Of a DNA stretch of 64,000 nt, positions 11,764 to 24,900 are shown piece by piece. Both the position numbers and the translations under genes were made by a program. The DNA is taken from the NCBI GenBank assembly GCA_004431415.1, contig QPMI01000529.1, positions 9,243-73,242 on the forward strand, read 5' to 3'. This stretch comes from Cyanophora paradoxa CCMP329 (lineage: Eukaryota; Plantae; Glaucophyta). Each line of letters starts with the position of its first letter. Positions within the stretch are counted from its first letter, which is position 1. The notes beneath the pieces are model-generated. The model searched no databases. It had not been told where the DNA came from and was given only the letters and a program-made list of their open reading frames with translations.

Positions 11764-14700
11764 ATGCTGTCCCTGTCCCTCGCTAGGATCGCTGCGCGGC
11801 CCTCGGCCGGCCGTCGCTTCCTGCTCCCCGCAGAGCTCGCCGTCAAAGCCGTCATCAAGGCGCCCGTCGCAGCGCCGGCCGCCGTGGCGCCGCTGACGCT
11901 GCGGACCGCCTTTCCTCATCATGCCAAGCTCATCGTGCGGTCGAAGCACGCCGGCCCTGTCCATGTGAGTGCCCATAGATCCTCGAGCTCGATTAGCGCT
12001 GACGCCATCTGCCATAACTCTGGCCAGTCAACCGCGTACGCATTAGAATGCGCCTTACTACGGATGTAATTATCGTTATATCGTGGCTGCATCCTCCCGC
12101 GGGGGCGGCCGCGGTCGCGGGTCGAGTCGGCGCTGACGTCGATGTGGTGGCGCCATGCGCGGGTCCAACCCGTTGCTTTAACGCTATTTGAACTGCTGTT
12201 TATGCATCAGACGTTTCTAGTCAGAAGCCGAGCCGCTAGACAGCAGCGAGGGCCAACGCTAGCGCTGACGCCATCGCCGATCTATCGCAGACTCACAAGA
12301 TCGACCCGGAGGCGCACCCCATCGAGCCTCATGCCGACGAGCTCATCCCGCCGCCGCCGCGTAGCGACCGGTCGTGGTCCATCGCCGACGTCTACGAGTA
12401 CCGCGCCCTCCAAGAGTGGTCTGAGCGCGACCCGATCGGCTTCTGGACGCGCATGGCCGACACCAACATCGGTGCGAGATTCTTTCCGAGTACTCTTTCT
12501 TCAACGCCGGCCGAAGGCCGTCGTGCAGACTGGATCGAGCGGCCCAAGCGGATTCTCAACAACGACAACGCGCCGTTCTTCAAGTGGTTCGAGGGCGGCA
12601 AGCTGGTGCGTGCCGGCGCCGCGAAGTGCGTTGCCCGGCGCCGCCGCTGACGCGAGGCGCGGGCGCACGCCCAGAACGTGTCGGCGCTGCTGCTGGATCG
12701 GCACGTCAAGAGCGGCAAGGCGGACAAGCCGGCGATCTTCTGGGAGGGCGAGCCCGAGGCCGACCGCCGCACGCTCACCTTCGGCGAGCTGCACCAGCAG
12801 GCGAGCCCGCCCCGCCGCCGCCCCCGGCCCCGCCCGGCCCCCCGAATTCGATCGCCGGCGCTGACGCGGGGCGCGCAGGTGGAGAAGTTCGCCGGCGTGC
12901 TGCGGCACAAGTTCGGCGTGAAGAAGGGCGACCGCGTCGTCGTCTATATGCCGCAAGTCCCCGAGACCGTCGTCGCCCTCCTCGCCTGCGCCCGCCTCGG
13001 CGCCCCCTAGTGCGCCGCCCCGCCCCGCCCCGCCCCTCTGCCGGCGCGCGGTCTCGCGCTGACGCGGGGGCGGGCAGCTGCATCGTGTTCGGCGGCTTCT
13101 CGGACGAGGCGCTGCGGGAGCGCATCAGCGACGTCGGGGCCAAGGTGGTCATCACGGCGGACGGCTCGTTCCGGCGCGGCAAGCCCTACGACCTCAAGCC
13201 GATCGTCGACAAGGCCCTCGCCCCGGAGGCCGGCGCCCCCTCCACCGACTGCGTCGAGAACGTCATCGTCCTCCGCCGGTGCGCCCCGTGCCTCGACCCC
13301 CCGGCCCCGGCCGGTACCTCGTGCCTCGACGGCGGCTGAGGCGGGGCCGGCAGGCACATGGGCAACTGCCCGATGAAGGCGGGGCGGGACCACGAGTGGA
13401 CGAGCCTGATGGCGGACAAGAGCCTCGCGCCCGTCACGCAGCCCGTCCCCGTCGACGCCAACGACACCCTCTTCGTCATGCACACCAGCGGCAGCACGGG
13501 CAAGCCGAAGGGCGCGCAGCACTCGGCGGCGGGCTACATCCTGTGGGCCCAGCAGTCGTTCAAGTGGGCGTTCGACCTCCGGGCCGACCTGAACGACGTT
13601 CTCTTCTCCACCGGCGACCTCGGCTGGATCATGGGGTGAGCCGCCGGCGCCCCTGGATCCGCGACGACGGCGCCTCGTCCCGTCTGAGCCGGGCCGCGCA
13701 GGCACACGAGCATGTACGGCCCCCTGGCCCTCGGCGTGACCACCGTCCAGTACGAGGGGTCCGCGAGCCGCATGCGCACGCTGCGAATTCTATATCTCTT
13801 GCCCGCGCTGAGCCTTTCTTCGCAGCTTCATCTCGACGCCCGACGCCGGCCGCATGTGGCGCATGTGCGAGCGGTACAAGGTGTCTCAGTTCTTCACCGC
13901 CCCGACGGCCGTCCGCCTGCTGGCGCGCGAGGGTCCCGAGGAGCCCGAGAAGTACGACCTCTCCAGCATCCGCGGTGCGGCCCCCAATCCACCCGTCTAG
14001 AGCGCCGCCTTCCGCTGAATCGCTCTCGCTTGGCAGTGCTTGGCTCGGCCGGCGAGCCCATCGGCCCGGCGGCGTGGCACTGGTACCACAAGAAGGTCGG
14101 CGGCGGCAAGGCGCCCGTCGTTGACAACTGGTGGCAGACGGAGACGGGCGGTCCGACCCTGTCGGCGCTGCCCGGCGCCACCCCGCTCAAGCCCGGCTCG
14201 GCCACGTACCCCATGCCTGGCATCCACACGGCCGTCGTCGACCACCACGGCAAGCGCGTGCCGCAGGGCGAGCAGGGGCTGCTCGTCATCACGAGCCCCT
14301 TCCCCTCGATGCTCCGCACGCTGTTCAACGCCGACAAGCGCTTCGTCAGCTCCTACTTCGACACGGTCAAGTTCCAGGGCAACGACGTCTACTTCACGGG
14401 CGACGGCGCATATGAGGACAAGGACGTGCGCCCGCACCCGCGCTTTCTGTTCGCTGCGGCCCGTCTGACCGTTGCGCGTTCAGGGCTACATCTGGATCAC
14501 GGGGCGCGTCGACGACGTGATCAACGTGGCCGGCCACCGCATGGGCACCGCTGAGATCGAGTCGGCGATCAACCACTGCTCGCTCGTCGCCGAGAGCGCC
14601 GTCGTCGCCCGCCCCGACCCCATCAAGGGCGAGGCCGTCGTCGCGTACGTCGTCCTCAAGGCTGGCGGTGCGGATTTCCAAGCATTTCCGACCCCGTGTT

Positions 14701-15027
14701 ACATGGGGAGCCGCGCTCACGGCGGCGGGGGCGTGCGCAGAGGGCCACCGGACGCAGAAGGAGGTGGACAAGGCGGTGCACGAGATGGTGTACCACCACA
14801 TCGGCAAGATCGCGCACCTGGACACGCTGATCGTCGTCCCCGGGCTGCCGAAGACGCGGTCGGGCAAGGTGATGCGGCGGCTGCTGCGCTCGATCGCGCG
14901 GGGAGAGGCGATCAAGCAGGACACGAGCACCCTCGAGGACCCCGCCACCGTCGAGGCCGTCCTCGACGCCGCCCGCAAGCACGCCGCCGAGGCCTCCAAG
15001 ACCGCCGCGACCGCCGCCCACAAGTAG
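11764..15027 (+). CDS. acs: Acetyl/short-chain acyl-CoA synthetase (AMP-forming), copy B, multi-exon, with N-terminal targeting peptide
   Basis: Same motifs and intron positions as copy A; exon 1 ends at GTCCAT/gtgagt and splices in frame to cag/ACTCACAAG at 12291. Confidence 0.95.
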
Positions 15028-15606
15028 AGCCCCCTCCGCCCATCCCCCATTCGCCATCGACGCCACCGGCTTTCCTCCCGGCCTCGCGCTGGACCCTTCC
15101 TTTTTTTCGAGCTTTCTTTCTCATGAACATAATTCTTTGGATGTCTCTGCTTCGTTCAATTGTTGTCTTGTTGTAGCATTTCTGTATCGGCGTGTGCAGC
15201 ATGAGGTTATAGATTTTTCGCTGCACAAGTGACTGTGGGTGTCCGATGTAATTCATTCGCTAGTGCTGCTTCTCTTTCGAAGGTCTCGGGTATACGTATT
15301 CATAGGCAGCGCCTTCGAATTTTGCGAGTGGCAGTATATGTATGTGCTTTAGGTACATATCCATGCAAGGGTAGCTAGGATAGAGGGCAGCTGCAAATAG
15401 ATAGAGCGCTGGGTCCACCTGCGCCGCTGTAACAATTCACTCGCGCGATCTCTATGTAACCGGCCACACGCATATGCGCATATATGTTCGCAGTGTCCCA
15501 CGCGGCTCGTTCAGAGTGGTGCATTGTTTGAAACAGGTGGGGGAGAAGGGGAGTGGGGAGGCGGGGTGAGGGCCGAGGCCGGCGGGGGCGGGCGCCGTGC
15601 GGGCCG

Positions 15607-16303
15607 CTAGCCGCGGATGGCGAGGAAGGGGAACTCAGATCTGAGGGCGGAGATGAGGGCGCGCTCGAGGCCCCACAGGTCCAGCGACGCCAGCCCCTGC
15701 GCCCCGCCCCTCAGAGCCCGCCCCGCAGCCCCGCCCGGCCCGCGAGAGGCGCGGACGCGCCTTGCAGGCGGTCGCCAGGGCGCGCAGGCTCCCGACGGTG
15801 AGGTAGCGGCACCACGAGAGGTTCACCTGCGCCGGGGCGTGAGCGCGGCCCGGCGGGGCGCCGGAGGGCGGGGGGGGGGGGGGGGGGGGGGGGGGGAGAG
15901 AGAGAGAGAGAGAGGGGTCGCCTTGCGCAGGTTGGGGCAGTGCTTGGCGAAGTGCTCCACGGCGCTGTCCTGCATGCGCGGGCAGTTCGACAGGTCGACC
16001 TCCTCCAGCTCTCTGCACGCCTGCGCCCCGCCCCCGCGCCCGTCAAACGCCACGCTGGGGGGTACAGGGCGTGGCGGGGCGCCGCACCGAAGCGATCGAG
16101 CAGACGGCCGAGTTGCCGACGAACTGGCATTGCTGCGGGAGGGATGCACTCGGTTCGGGCCGCGGGGTACGGCGGGCGGGGGAAGGGGTGTACCCGCAGA
16201 TTGAGGATCTGGAGACCGCGGATGCTCTGGAGCAAGGCGAAGGGGTTCTGCACCCGGTTCTGCAGGGTACGGCATCAGCGGGGGTGCGGGGAGGGGGGAG
16301 GCG

Positions 16304-16334
<31 letters not shown>

Positions 16335-18691
16335 GCACCTGCTGGAAGGTCTCGTCGGCGGAGGGCCGGGCGATGGAGAGAGCGCGCAGGTTCCTGCGGG
16401 GCGGAGGGCGGGACCGGGGTCAGGCGGGGCGGGGCGGGCGGGGCGGGGCGGGGTGGCGGGGGAGACGGGGCGGGCCTGCAGAAGCGGCCGAGGGCGTCGA
16501 GGAGGGTGGCGTTGAGGGTGGGGAAGTCCTCGAGGAAGAGGAAGGTGAGGCTCTCGCCGCACACGTGCTCCAGGATCCACTGCACGTGCTCGGCCGGGAT
16601 CAGCGGCAGCCCCGAGAGGTCCAGCGCCGTCGCCTCCCGGCTGCCCCCGCCGCCTCAGCGCCCCCGCCCGGCCGAGCCGAGCGGCGCCGCGGCGGCGGCG
16701 GCGGCGCGCGCGCGCGCGCCTAAGCTTCTGGAAGGGCTGCACGCTGAGCCGCTTGCAGTAGGCGACGGAGAGGCGGGTGAGCTTCGGGCAGTTCTGCGGC
16801 GCGGCGGGTGAGCGCCGGGGGGCGAGAGGGGGAGGGGGAGGGGGGTGCGCGGGCGGGCCTCGAGGACGATCTCGAGCTGCTGGTCGGTGACGTAGTGGCA
16901 CCAGGAGATGTCGAGGCCCTCGAGGTCGGGCAGCCCCGCGAGCGGCTCAAGCACCTGCACCTGCGCGCGCAGCGTCGGCCTCAGCGCCGCCCCGCCCAGC
17001 AGCCGAGCGCGGCGAGCGCCGGCGCGCCTTGAAGCACTTCCCGATGCTGAACTGCGTCAGGCTCTTGCAGCTGCAAGGCGCGTGTGAGGGGCGCGGGCGG
17101 GCAAGGCCGGCGCGGCGGAGGGCGGCAAGGCGCGGTGCAACGCGCCTGGAGGCGACCAGCTGCACCAGCTCGTCGTTGACGATCTCGCTGCAGCCGTTCA
17201 GGTGCAGCGCCTTGAGCTGCCGCGCGCGTGGGCTGCGGCGGCGGGGCGGGGCCGCGCCCCGCGGCGCTCGCTCGGACCTGCGGCGCGAACTGCAGGAAAG
17301 TCTGCAGGCCCAGCGTCGTCACCTGCCCGGACCGGTCAGCGCGGGGCGGGGCGGGGCGGGCTGCCGCGGGGCGCGCCTTCCTGCAGCCGGAGATGTCGAG
17401 GAGGTCGAGCGGCGCCTCCGCTGGGTCGTCGTGCGTCTGGATCTTCTCAGCGAGAATCGCCAGCATCACGTCGTCCATCCTGCCGCCGCCGCCGCGTCAG
17501 GGGCGGCCCCCGGCACTGCGGGGCGGGGCGGAGCGGGCGGCAGCGCGCTTGTTCAGCATGCACATGCTCCGCACGATGCGCTTCATGTAGTCCGGCTTGA
17601 TCTTCAGGTGCTGCGCAGCGATCGTAAGGCGCGGCGCGGCGGCGCGGCGCGGCGGCGGCCGGAGCGCCGGGCGGACCAGGAGCTGTTCCCGCATGGCGTC
17701 GTCCATGTTGATCACAAGGGAGCGCAGGCAGAGCTCGTGCAGCGGTACGGGGCCACGGAAGGTCACCGCGTCCATCTTGCTCGCAGCCTGCAGCGCGCCG
17801 CGTTGGCGCGGGGCCCGCGAGCGGGCGCAGGGCGCCGCTTGCCTCGAGAGCCTTGCGCTGCAGAGTCTCCAGGGTCTCCTTCGGCGGCTTCCTCACTTTT
17901 ATCTTCACCTTGCGCTTCAGCCGCGTCGTTCTTTCGCGCGGTCCCGTGACCACGTCGTCGTCGTCCGAGGTGACGACATCCTCGTCCTCTGCGCGGGCGC
18001 TCGCGCGGGGGCGGCGCGAAGGGGCGGCGCGCGCGCACCGGAGAGCATCCCGTCGACGTCCGCCAGGTCCTCGCCGACCTCGTTCGGCACGTAGTCGCTG
18101 TCGCTGTCGTTGCCCATCGCAGACGCGTTCCGCTTTCGCCGCTGCGACGTCCGCCGCCCCCCGGTCTTGCGCGCCACGCGGGCCTCCTCTTCCTGCTTTG
18201 CATCAGCGAACTGCTTTGGGCGGCGGGCGCGGCGCGAGCGCGCCATGATCCTGCGGGCTTCCTCCCGTGTCTGCTCCAGCTGCTTCTGGCGCGCCTCGAG
18301 GCGCGCCTTCCGCTGCAGTTCTCTTCGCTCCTCCGCTGGTGTCTTCGCCGGTGGAGGCGGCGGCTGCGGGGGCGGCGGCGGCTCCTCCTGCCTCGACTCC
18401 GAAGCGATCGCGCTGCCGCCCCCGAACTTGAACTTGATCTTCTTTGCAGCCTCCGCTTGCCGCTCCTCCTTCTTCTGCTTCTTCTGCGCGTCGGCCACAT
18501 CCTTGGAGACGATCTTGATCTTGAGCAGGCGAGGGCCGACATTCTGCAGGGGCGGAGCGTGCGGCGGTCAGGGCATCCATCCAGCGGCCGCGGCGCGCCC
18601 AACAAGCACGCGGCGGTGAGCCGGGCACGGCAGCGTGCAGGCGAAGGCGCACCTTGTCCTGGGCGAAGTCCTGCGCATTCTTCTTGGACAT
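15607..18691 (-). CDS. Cysteine-containing LRR protein (Rad7/FBXL/AMN1-like) with charged N-terminus and BC-box-like motif
   Basis: LRR_CC-type repeats (LDLLDISGCRK, LEGLDISWCHYVTDQQL, LEEVDLSNCPRMQDSAVEHFAKHCPNLRK, VNLSWCRYLT); VPLHELCLRSL precedes the LRRs; many short introns; ends ALRSEFPFLAIRG*. Confidence 0.85.
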
Positions 18692-18940
18692 TCTCCCTTC
18701 CCGCGGCTGCTCCGCGCCGCTCGACGAATCGAGCGACGGGGCAAGTTACGGGGGCCGCGCTGCGGCCCGCTGGTCGCCGCACCAAGCGCTGCCCGCTGTA
18801 CCTCGCGAGAGACGATCTTGCGCTGCGGCAGCTACTCCGATCGAACGCTGATTTCCAGGCGCGCGATTCCCGCTGTCGCAGCTCTGCTGAGTTGCCCACA
18901 AGCGAGGACTTGGTGGAACTTGCACGGGTACCGCTCACAA

Positions 18941-21900
18941 ATGTCGACGGGAACGGGCCCGCCAGCAGGCGCGACGCCTGTCGCGGGGGCCGTCCCGGTC
19001 CTGCCGGGCGCCACTTTTGTGGTGAAGCAGGAGCCCTTCGCTACCGCGCCGCCGCCCGCGGTCCAGCCACCGGCAGCGATGCCACATGACGCGGAGGACG
19101 ACATCGTGCTGTTCGACGAGCACGGAAACCTCATGATAGATCATTCGGCGCCCCCGAGTGAGCTGCAGCGCTCCGCGATTCCCGGGGGCTGCGCTGACCT
19201 CTCCCTTCCAGCGCCTGCAATGCACCCGGTCGCGCCGGCCGCTTCCATGGCCTCCAGTGCGGATGCGCCGTCTCAGCCCTTATCAGGCGCGCATCACGTC
19301 GTAGCTCCACCGGCGCACGACGACGACATGATCATTCTCGACTTGGGCGACTCCGGTTCGAGCCATGGGCACGCTCTCGTGGTGCGATCGCTCACTGGCG
19401 GTCGCAGATACTCCGGTGAAGTCAGAGGGGATCATGCATGTCAAGCTGGAGCCCGGGGCGTCGCTCCCTGTCGCGGGGGCGATGCCCATCAAGTTCGAGC
19501 CCATGCCGCTGCCGACGACAATGCACCCGCCGATGCCGCAGCCCTCGTCTTCGTATTCCATGAGCATGAGCCACGCAACAGCAGCATCGTCATCATCGGC
19601 AGTGCCAGAGCCAGCGGCCGCGCCAGATCGGTCAGAGACTCTGCCACCGGAGGCGACACGCCAGATCCTGGAATTCCTGCAGAGCGCGTCGCTCGATGCG
19701 TGCGAAGAGTTGCCGCCGCAGCCCGACGGCATGATCTCGCAGCTGAAGGACTATCAGCGCGAAGGTGCCGCCTATCGCCCCTGTCCAGCGCTTCCGCGCT
19801 CAGTGCCGTGCAGCGCTCGGCTGGATGATCAAGCGTGAGTACGGAGATGACGAAGGCAACGTTAGCGGGTGAGCGCGGCTCCCCGCTCGGCGCACTTTCT
19901 GTCCGCTGACCTCTCCGCGCAGCTTCCGCGGCGGCATTCTCGCCGATGGTGTGCTGCACCAGGGGGCCTCGCCCTCGCCGCGCTCTGACGGGGGGGGCGC
20001 GCGTGCAGACATGGGCCTGGGGAAGACGGTCATGATCATCTCGCTGCTGGTCTCCACGCGCGTCGAAGACCCGCATCCGATCGTCAACTTCTCGTCGCCG
20101 GAGCTGCGCGACGCGCCGGGAACGTCCCTCATCGGTGCGCGCGGCCGCGCCGCTCGCCGCGCGGCGGCCGCTGAGGCGGGCGGCCGCGACGGCGCAGTGT
20201 GCCCGCCGGTGGTCATCCAGCAGTGGCAGACGGAGGTGGCGAAGCACACGGAGCCGAACCTCATGTCCGTCTACGTCTACCACGGCACACAGGCGCGCCG
20301 CGCTCCGCCGCCGCGCCGGGGCCGGGGCGCGCCGCCGAGACGCGCCGCAGCGGAAGAAGGACCTGGACTTCCTCTGCTCCCAGCACGTCGTCATCACGAG
20401 CTACGACACTGTCACCTCGGAGAGGCGCCCCGCCCCCGCGCCCCGCCCCCGCCCCGGCCGGGCGGCCGCTGAGGGCGCGGGGGCCGGGGCAGCCCGTTCG
20501 AGCGGATGCGGGACGGGAAGCGGCGGCGGCTGGTGGCGGTCATGGGCGACAAGCCCGAGCCGCTCATGGCGATCACCTGGGGCCGCGTCGTCCTCGACGA
20601 GTCGGCAGCCATCAAGAGTGCCCCGCCCGCCTCCGTCCCGCCGCCCCCGCCGCCCGCCCGCCCACCGCCCGCCCGCTCCGCAGACCGCACGAGCATCCGC
20701 GCGCGCGCCGCCGGCATGCTCCGCACGCCGACCCGCTGGTGCCTGACGGGTACGCCCATCCACAACTGCCTCGACGACCTGTACTCCCAGGCAAGCGTAC
20801 CTCCTCGGCTTCCCCCCCTCCGACCTGAGCGCGGGCGGCAGTACGAGTTCCTGCGGGCGCCCTTCGCGGACCCCGACGACCGGGAGGCTCGGAAGACGTG
20901 CGCGGGACGCGCCGGTCCACCCGGCCGGGCGGCCCGGCTCAGGCGTCGGGGCGCAGGTGGCAGGTGAACATCGCGGCGGCGCTGAAGCACCCCGGGACGG
21001 AGTCGTTCCGGCACGGCATGGGCCGCCTCAACGAGCTCATCGGTGCCCCGGGCCTCGCCTCGGCCCTGCTCGACGGCTCGCGGCGCGTGCTGAGGCGGGG
21101 GGCGTGCAGGGGACACGATCATGCGGCGGACGCGCGAGTCGGCGACGGCGGACCGCGAGCCCGTCGTCATCTTCCCGCCCCGCCTCGTTCGCCTCCGCGA
21201 GTGCGCCCCCGCGCCCCCGCCCCGCCCCGCCCCGCCTTGGCCCGCGCCGGCCCACCGGCCCGCGCGCGCAGGGACCTCCTCTCGCCCGAGGAGAAGGCCT
21301 TCCAAGACGCCCTCTTCGAGTACGCCCGCCGCAAGTTCGAGAAGTACCAGCGGGCGCGCCCGCACCCTCCCTCCCCGCCCCGCGGGCGCCGCCGACGGCG
21401 CCTGGCAGCTGGGGTCGCTCTCGGAGCACCGCCTCGAGATGGAGGGCCTCGCCCTCCGCGTCCGCCAGGCCCTCTGCCACGTGCCTCCGCCCGGCCCCCC
21501 GCCCCGGCCCCGCCGCCCCGCCGCCCCGCCCCTCTCACTCGCTCGCTTGCAGCCGTACCTGGCGATCCGCGGCATCAACCAGCAGGCCTCCAAGATGCGC
21601 ACGAAGAGCCTCGCGCAGTTCCTCCAGACCATCGCCGCCGTCGGCTCCCAGCAGCAGCAGGCGCGCCCCGCCTCCCCCGCCCTCCGCCCCTCGCTGACGG
21701 CCGGCGGCAGGTGCAGCAGCAGACGCTGCAGCTGCAGCAGCAGGCGGCGCAGGCGGCGTCGCGCGCGCCGCTGCCCTCCCACGCGGGGGCCGGCGGCGCC
21801 CACGCCGCCATCTTCTCGCGCCCCACCGGCTCCCTCTCGGCCGCCGGCGTCGCCGCCCGCAGCCAGGCCGCCGCCTCCGTCAGCCGCCCGCCGGCCCCTC

Positions 21901-24900
21901 CCCGCCCGCCCCCACCTCCGTCACCATGACCACCGTCCCCTCCGTCGGCCCCTCGCCCTCCCCGCCGCCCCCGCGCCCCGGCATGCCCACCCCTCCCCAC
22001 CCCCGGCTTCCAGGCCCGCCCGGCTACCCCTCGTCCTCCCCTCCGCCCCCGGCGCAATCTCCTTCGCCTCCGGGTGCCCCCGCCCCCGGCATCCACCACC
22101 CTACTGCCCTCTCCCCTGTTCCCCCGGACAGCCCGGCGCGCCGCCCGCGGGGGCCACCCGATGCAGCCCCGGCCCCCGGCGTGCCCCCGGCCCTCTGGCC
22201 GGCGCGCCCGGCGCGCCCCCTGGCGGACCGCCCGGGCCCCGCCCCCGGCTTCCCGGGCCCGCCGCAGCCGGCCCGCCCCGGAGCGGTCGCCGTGCCGCCT
22301 CGGCCGGGCCCGCCGCAGGCGCCGGGGCTGCCGCCGCGGGCCCGGGGGCGCCGCCGCCCTTCGCCTCGGCCCCGCAGGCCCCCGGTGCCTCCATGGTCTT
22401 CCAGCAGCTCTCCCCCGGCGCCCCTACGCCCCCGCCCCTCCCCCGCCGGCCCCCCGCCCCCGGCGCCGCCCCGGCCGGCGGCCCGCGTCCCCCGGGCCGC
22501 CCTTCGGCCCGCCTGCGCCGGGCGCGCCGGGCGCCGCGCCGGTACCCCCTCGGAGCGCTCCTTTCGTCCCGGGGGCGCCGGCGGCCCCCGGTGCGGCGCC
22601 TTTTCCCGGCGCCGCCGGCGCGCCTCCGCCTCCTGGCGCCGCCCCGCCTCCTGGCGCCGCTCCGCCCCGGGGGCCGCGCCGGTGGCGCCCCCATTCGCCT
22701 CGGCCCCGGTCGCCCCGGGGACCGCGCCCCAAGCGGGCCACCCTCCGGCGCGCCCCCGCCGCTCCCCCGGCCGGCGCCGCCCCTGTGGCCGCCCCTTCCC
22801 CTGCCCAGGCGCCGGCGCCGGCGGCACCAGTGGCGGTGACCGGCCTGGCCCGACCCCGGCCCCGGCGGCTCAGCCGGCTCCTGCCTCGGGCCCCTCCGGA
22901 GCGCCGGTCCTCGCCACAGCGCCCGCCCCCTTCGCTGCTCCCGTGCCGGCCGGCCGTGCCACCCCGCCCGGAGTTCCTGGCGCCTCCCCGCCCGGCGCCG
23001 CCCCGCCCGGCGCCGCCCCGCCCGGCGCGGCCCCGGTTCCGCCGCCGCCAGGAGCGGCGGCGTTGTCGCAGCCGCCGGGCGCTGCGCCGGTTCCTTTCTC
23101 TTCGGTGCCAGTGGCGGCCGGCGTGCCGCGCCCCACGCCGCAGGCCGGCCCGGCGGGCACCCCCCAGCCCCCGCAGGCCCCGCCTTCGCCTCCGCCCCGT
23201 CGTCCCCGGCCCGCCCCCTCCGTTCCCGGCGCATCCGCCGTACCCCCGCGCCCCGGGCCCCGGCTCCGGCCGGGCTCCGGTGCAGCCCGGGGCGCCGTTC
23301 CAGCCCGGGCGCCGGCTCCGCCCGGGCCTCGATGCCGCCGGCTGCGCCGCCGCCGGCCGGGTCCGCGGCGGGCCCGTCACCATCTCCCTCGTCTCCGCCC
23401 CGCCCGGCCGCCCCTCCCCGACGCCGACGCCGCCGCCGCCGCCGCTCCCGGCGGGCCCTCGCCCCCGCCCGGCACCTCTTCCCCCTCCCCGACCCTCCCG
23501 CCGGCGCCGCCCCCGTCGGCAACCCCGGCTCCCCGGTCCGCTTCGCTGCCGCCCCGCCGCCGGCCCCTCCGACGCGGCGGCCGCCCCCTCCGCCTTCCCC
23601 ACTGTGCCCCCCCGCCCGGGCTCCTCGCCCGTCCCGCCGCTGCCGCCGGGGCTGGCCGGCGTCGTCGCCCCGACGCCCGTCTCCGCCCAGCTCTCCACGG
23701 TGCCCGTCCCGCAGGCGTCGCCGCGGGGCCCGCCGCCCGCCTCGCCCTTCGCCTCGGCGCCCATCTCGACGGCGACGGTGCCGGCGACGGCGCCGGGGCC
23801 CCCGCCGGCCTCGAGCCCGGAGACGATCCTGGACGAGCTCTTCTCCAAGTTCGGCGACGACCTCTGCAAGTGCGCGGGGCCCCGCCCCCGCGCCGGCCTG
23901 CGCCGCCCCGCGCTGAGGGGGCGGGGGGGCAGGTGCGCGCGGGACTTCGTGGAGCTGGAGCGGAAGGCGTGCGCGCACCGCATCTGCGGGCAGTGCTTCG
24001 AGGAGGCCGTCTCCAAGAGCGCCTTCCCCAGCGACCCCGACTGCGAGATCAAGTGCCCGCACTGCACCGCCGACCGCCAGGCCACCTGCAAGAAGTCCGA
24101 CTGGGCCCAGGCGCGCCCCCGCCCCCCGCCCCGCGCCCCCCGCGCCTTGTTCCTCTCTGACGCCGGCGGCGCCGGCGGGGCGCAGGTGAGCGGGAGCGCG
24201 GACGACTTTGCGGACCGCGACGCGATGCGCTCGACCCGCATCGACGCGCTCCTCCAGGAGGTGCGGGGCGGCCCGCGCAGCCCCGCCCCGCCCCGCCTGC
24301 GCCGACGGCGCCCAGCTGAGCGACGTGCGGGAGAAGAACCCCTTCGACAAGAACCTCGTTTTCTCCCAGGTCCGTTTCAGCGCAGAGGAAGCGGAGAGGA
24401 AGCTTGAGCCGCCAGAGTGCACGGAGGGGACGGAGCAGAGGGGACGGACCCGCTCTACGCCTCGCCGCGCGCTGCTGACCGGGGGGCCGGCGCCGGCTCG
24501 CGCAGTGGACGAGCTTCCTGGACATGATGGAGCCGTGGCTCGCCGCCGAGGGCTACTCCTACCGCCGCCTCGACGGCACCATGGCCCGCCCCGCCCCCGC
24601 CCGCAGCTGTCCGCGCGCTGAGCTCGGGCGCGCAGAACGCGAAGCAGCGGCAGCTCGCCGTCAAAGAGTTCGAGTCGGACCCGACGGTGCGGCCCCGGCC
24701 CGAGGCGGCTGGGCCGCCCCGGCTCGGCGCTGACGCCGCGGCAGGCGACGGTGCTGCTGATCTCGACGTCGGCGGCGGGCATGGGCCTCAACCTCGCCTG
24801 CGCCCACCACGTCTTCATGATGGATCTCTGGTGGAACCGCGCCGTCCGCCCCGCCCCGCCGCTCCCCGCCCCGCCGCAGCGTCCGAGGCGGCGCGGGGTG

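Noticed and set aside
13008-13010. In-frame TAG in acs as stop-codon recoding
   Set aside because: It spans a splice donor: TA|gt..ag|C gives TAC (Tyr)
8103-15027. Inverted duplication as a fold-back read artefact
   Set aside because: The arms differ in whole introns, many codons and C-termini, and have a unique spacer
15871-15915. Long poly-G/GA runs (also near 16305 and 37400)
   Set aside because: Intronic simple repeats of unreliable length
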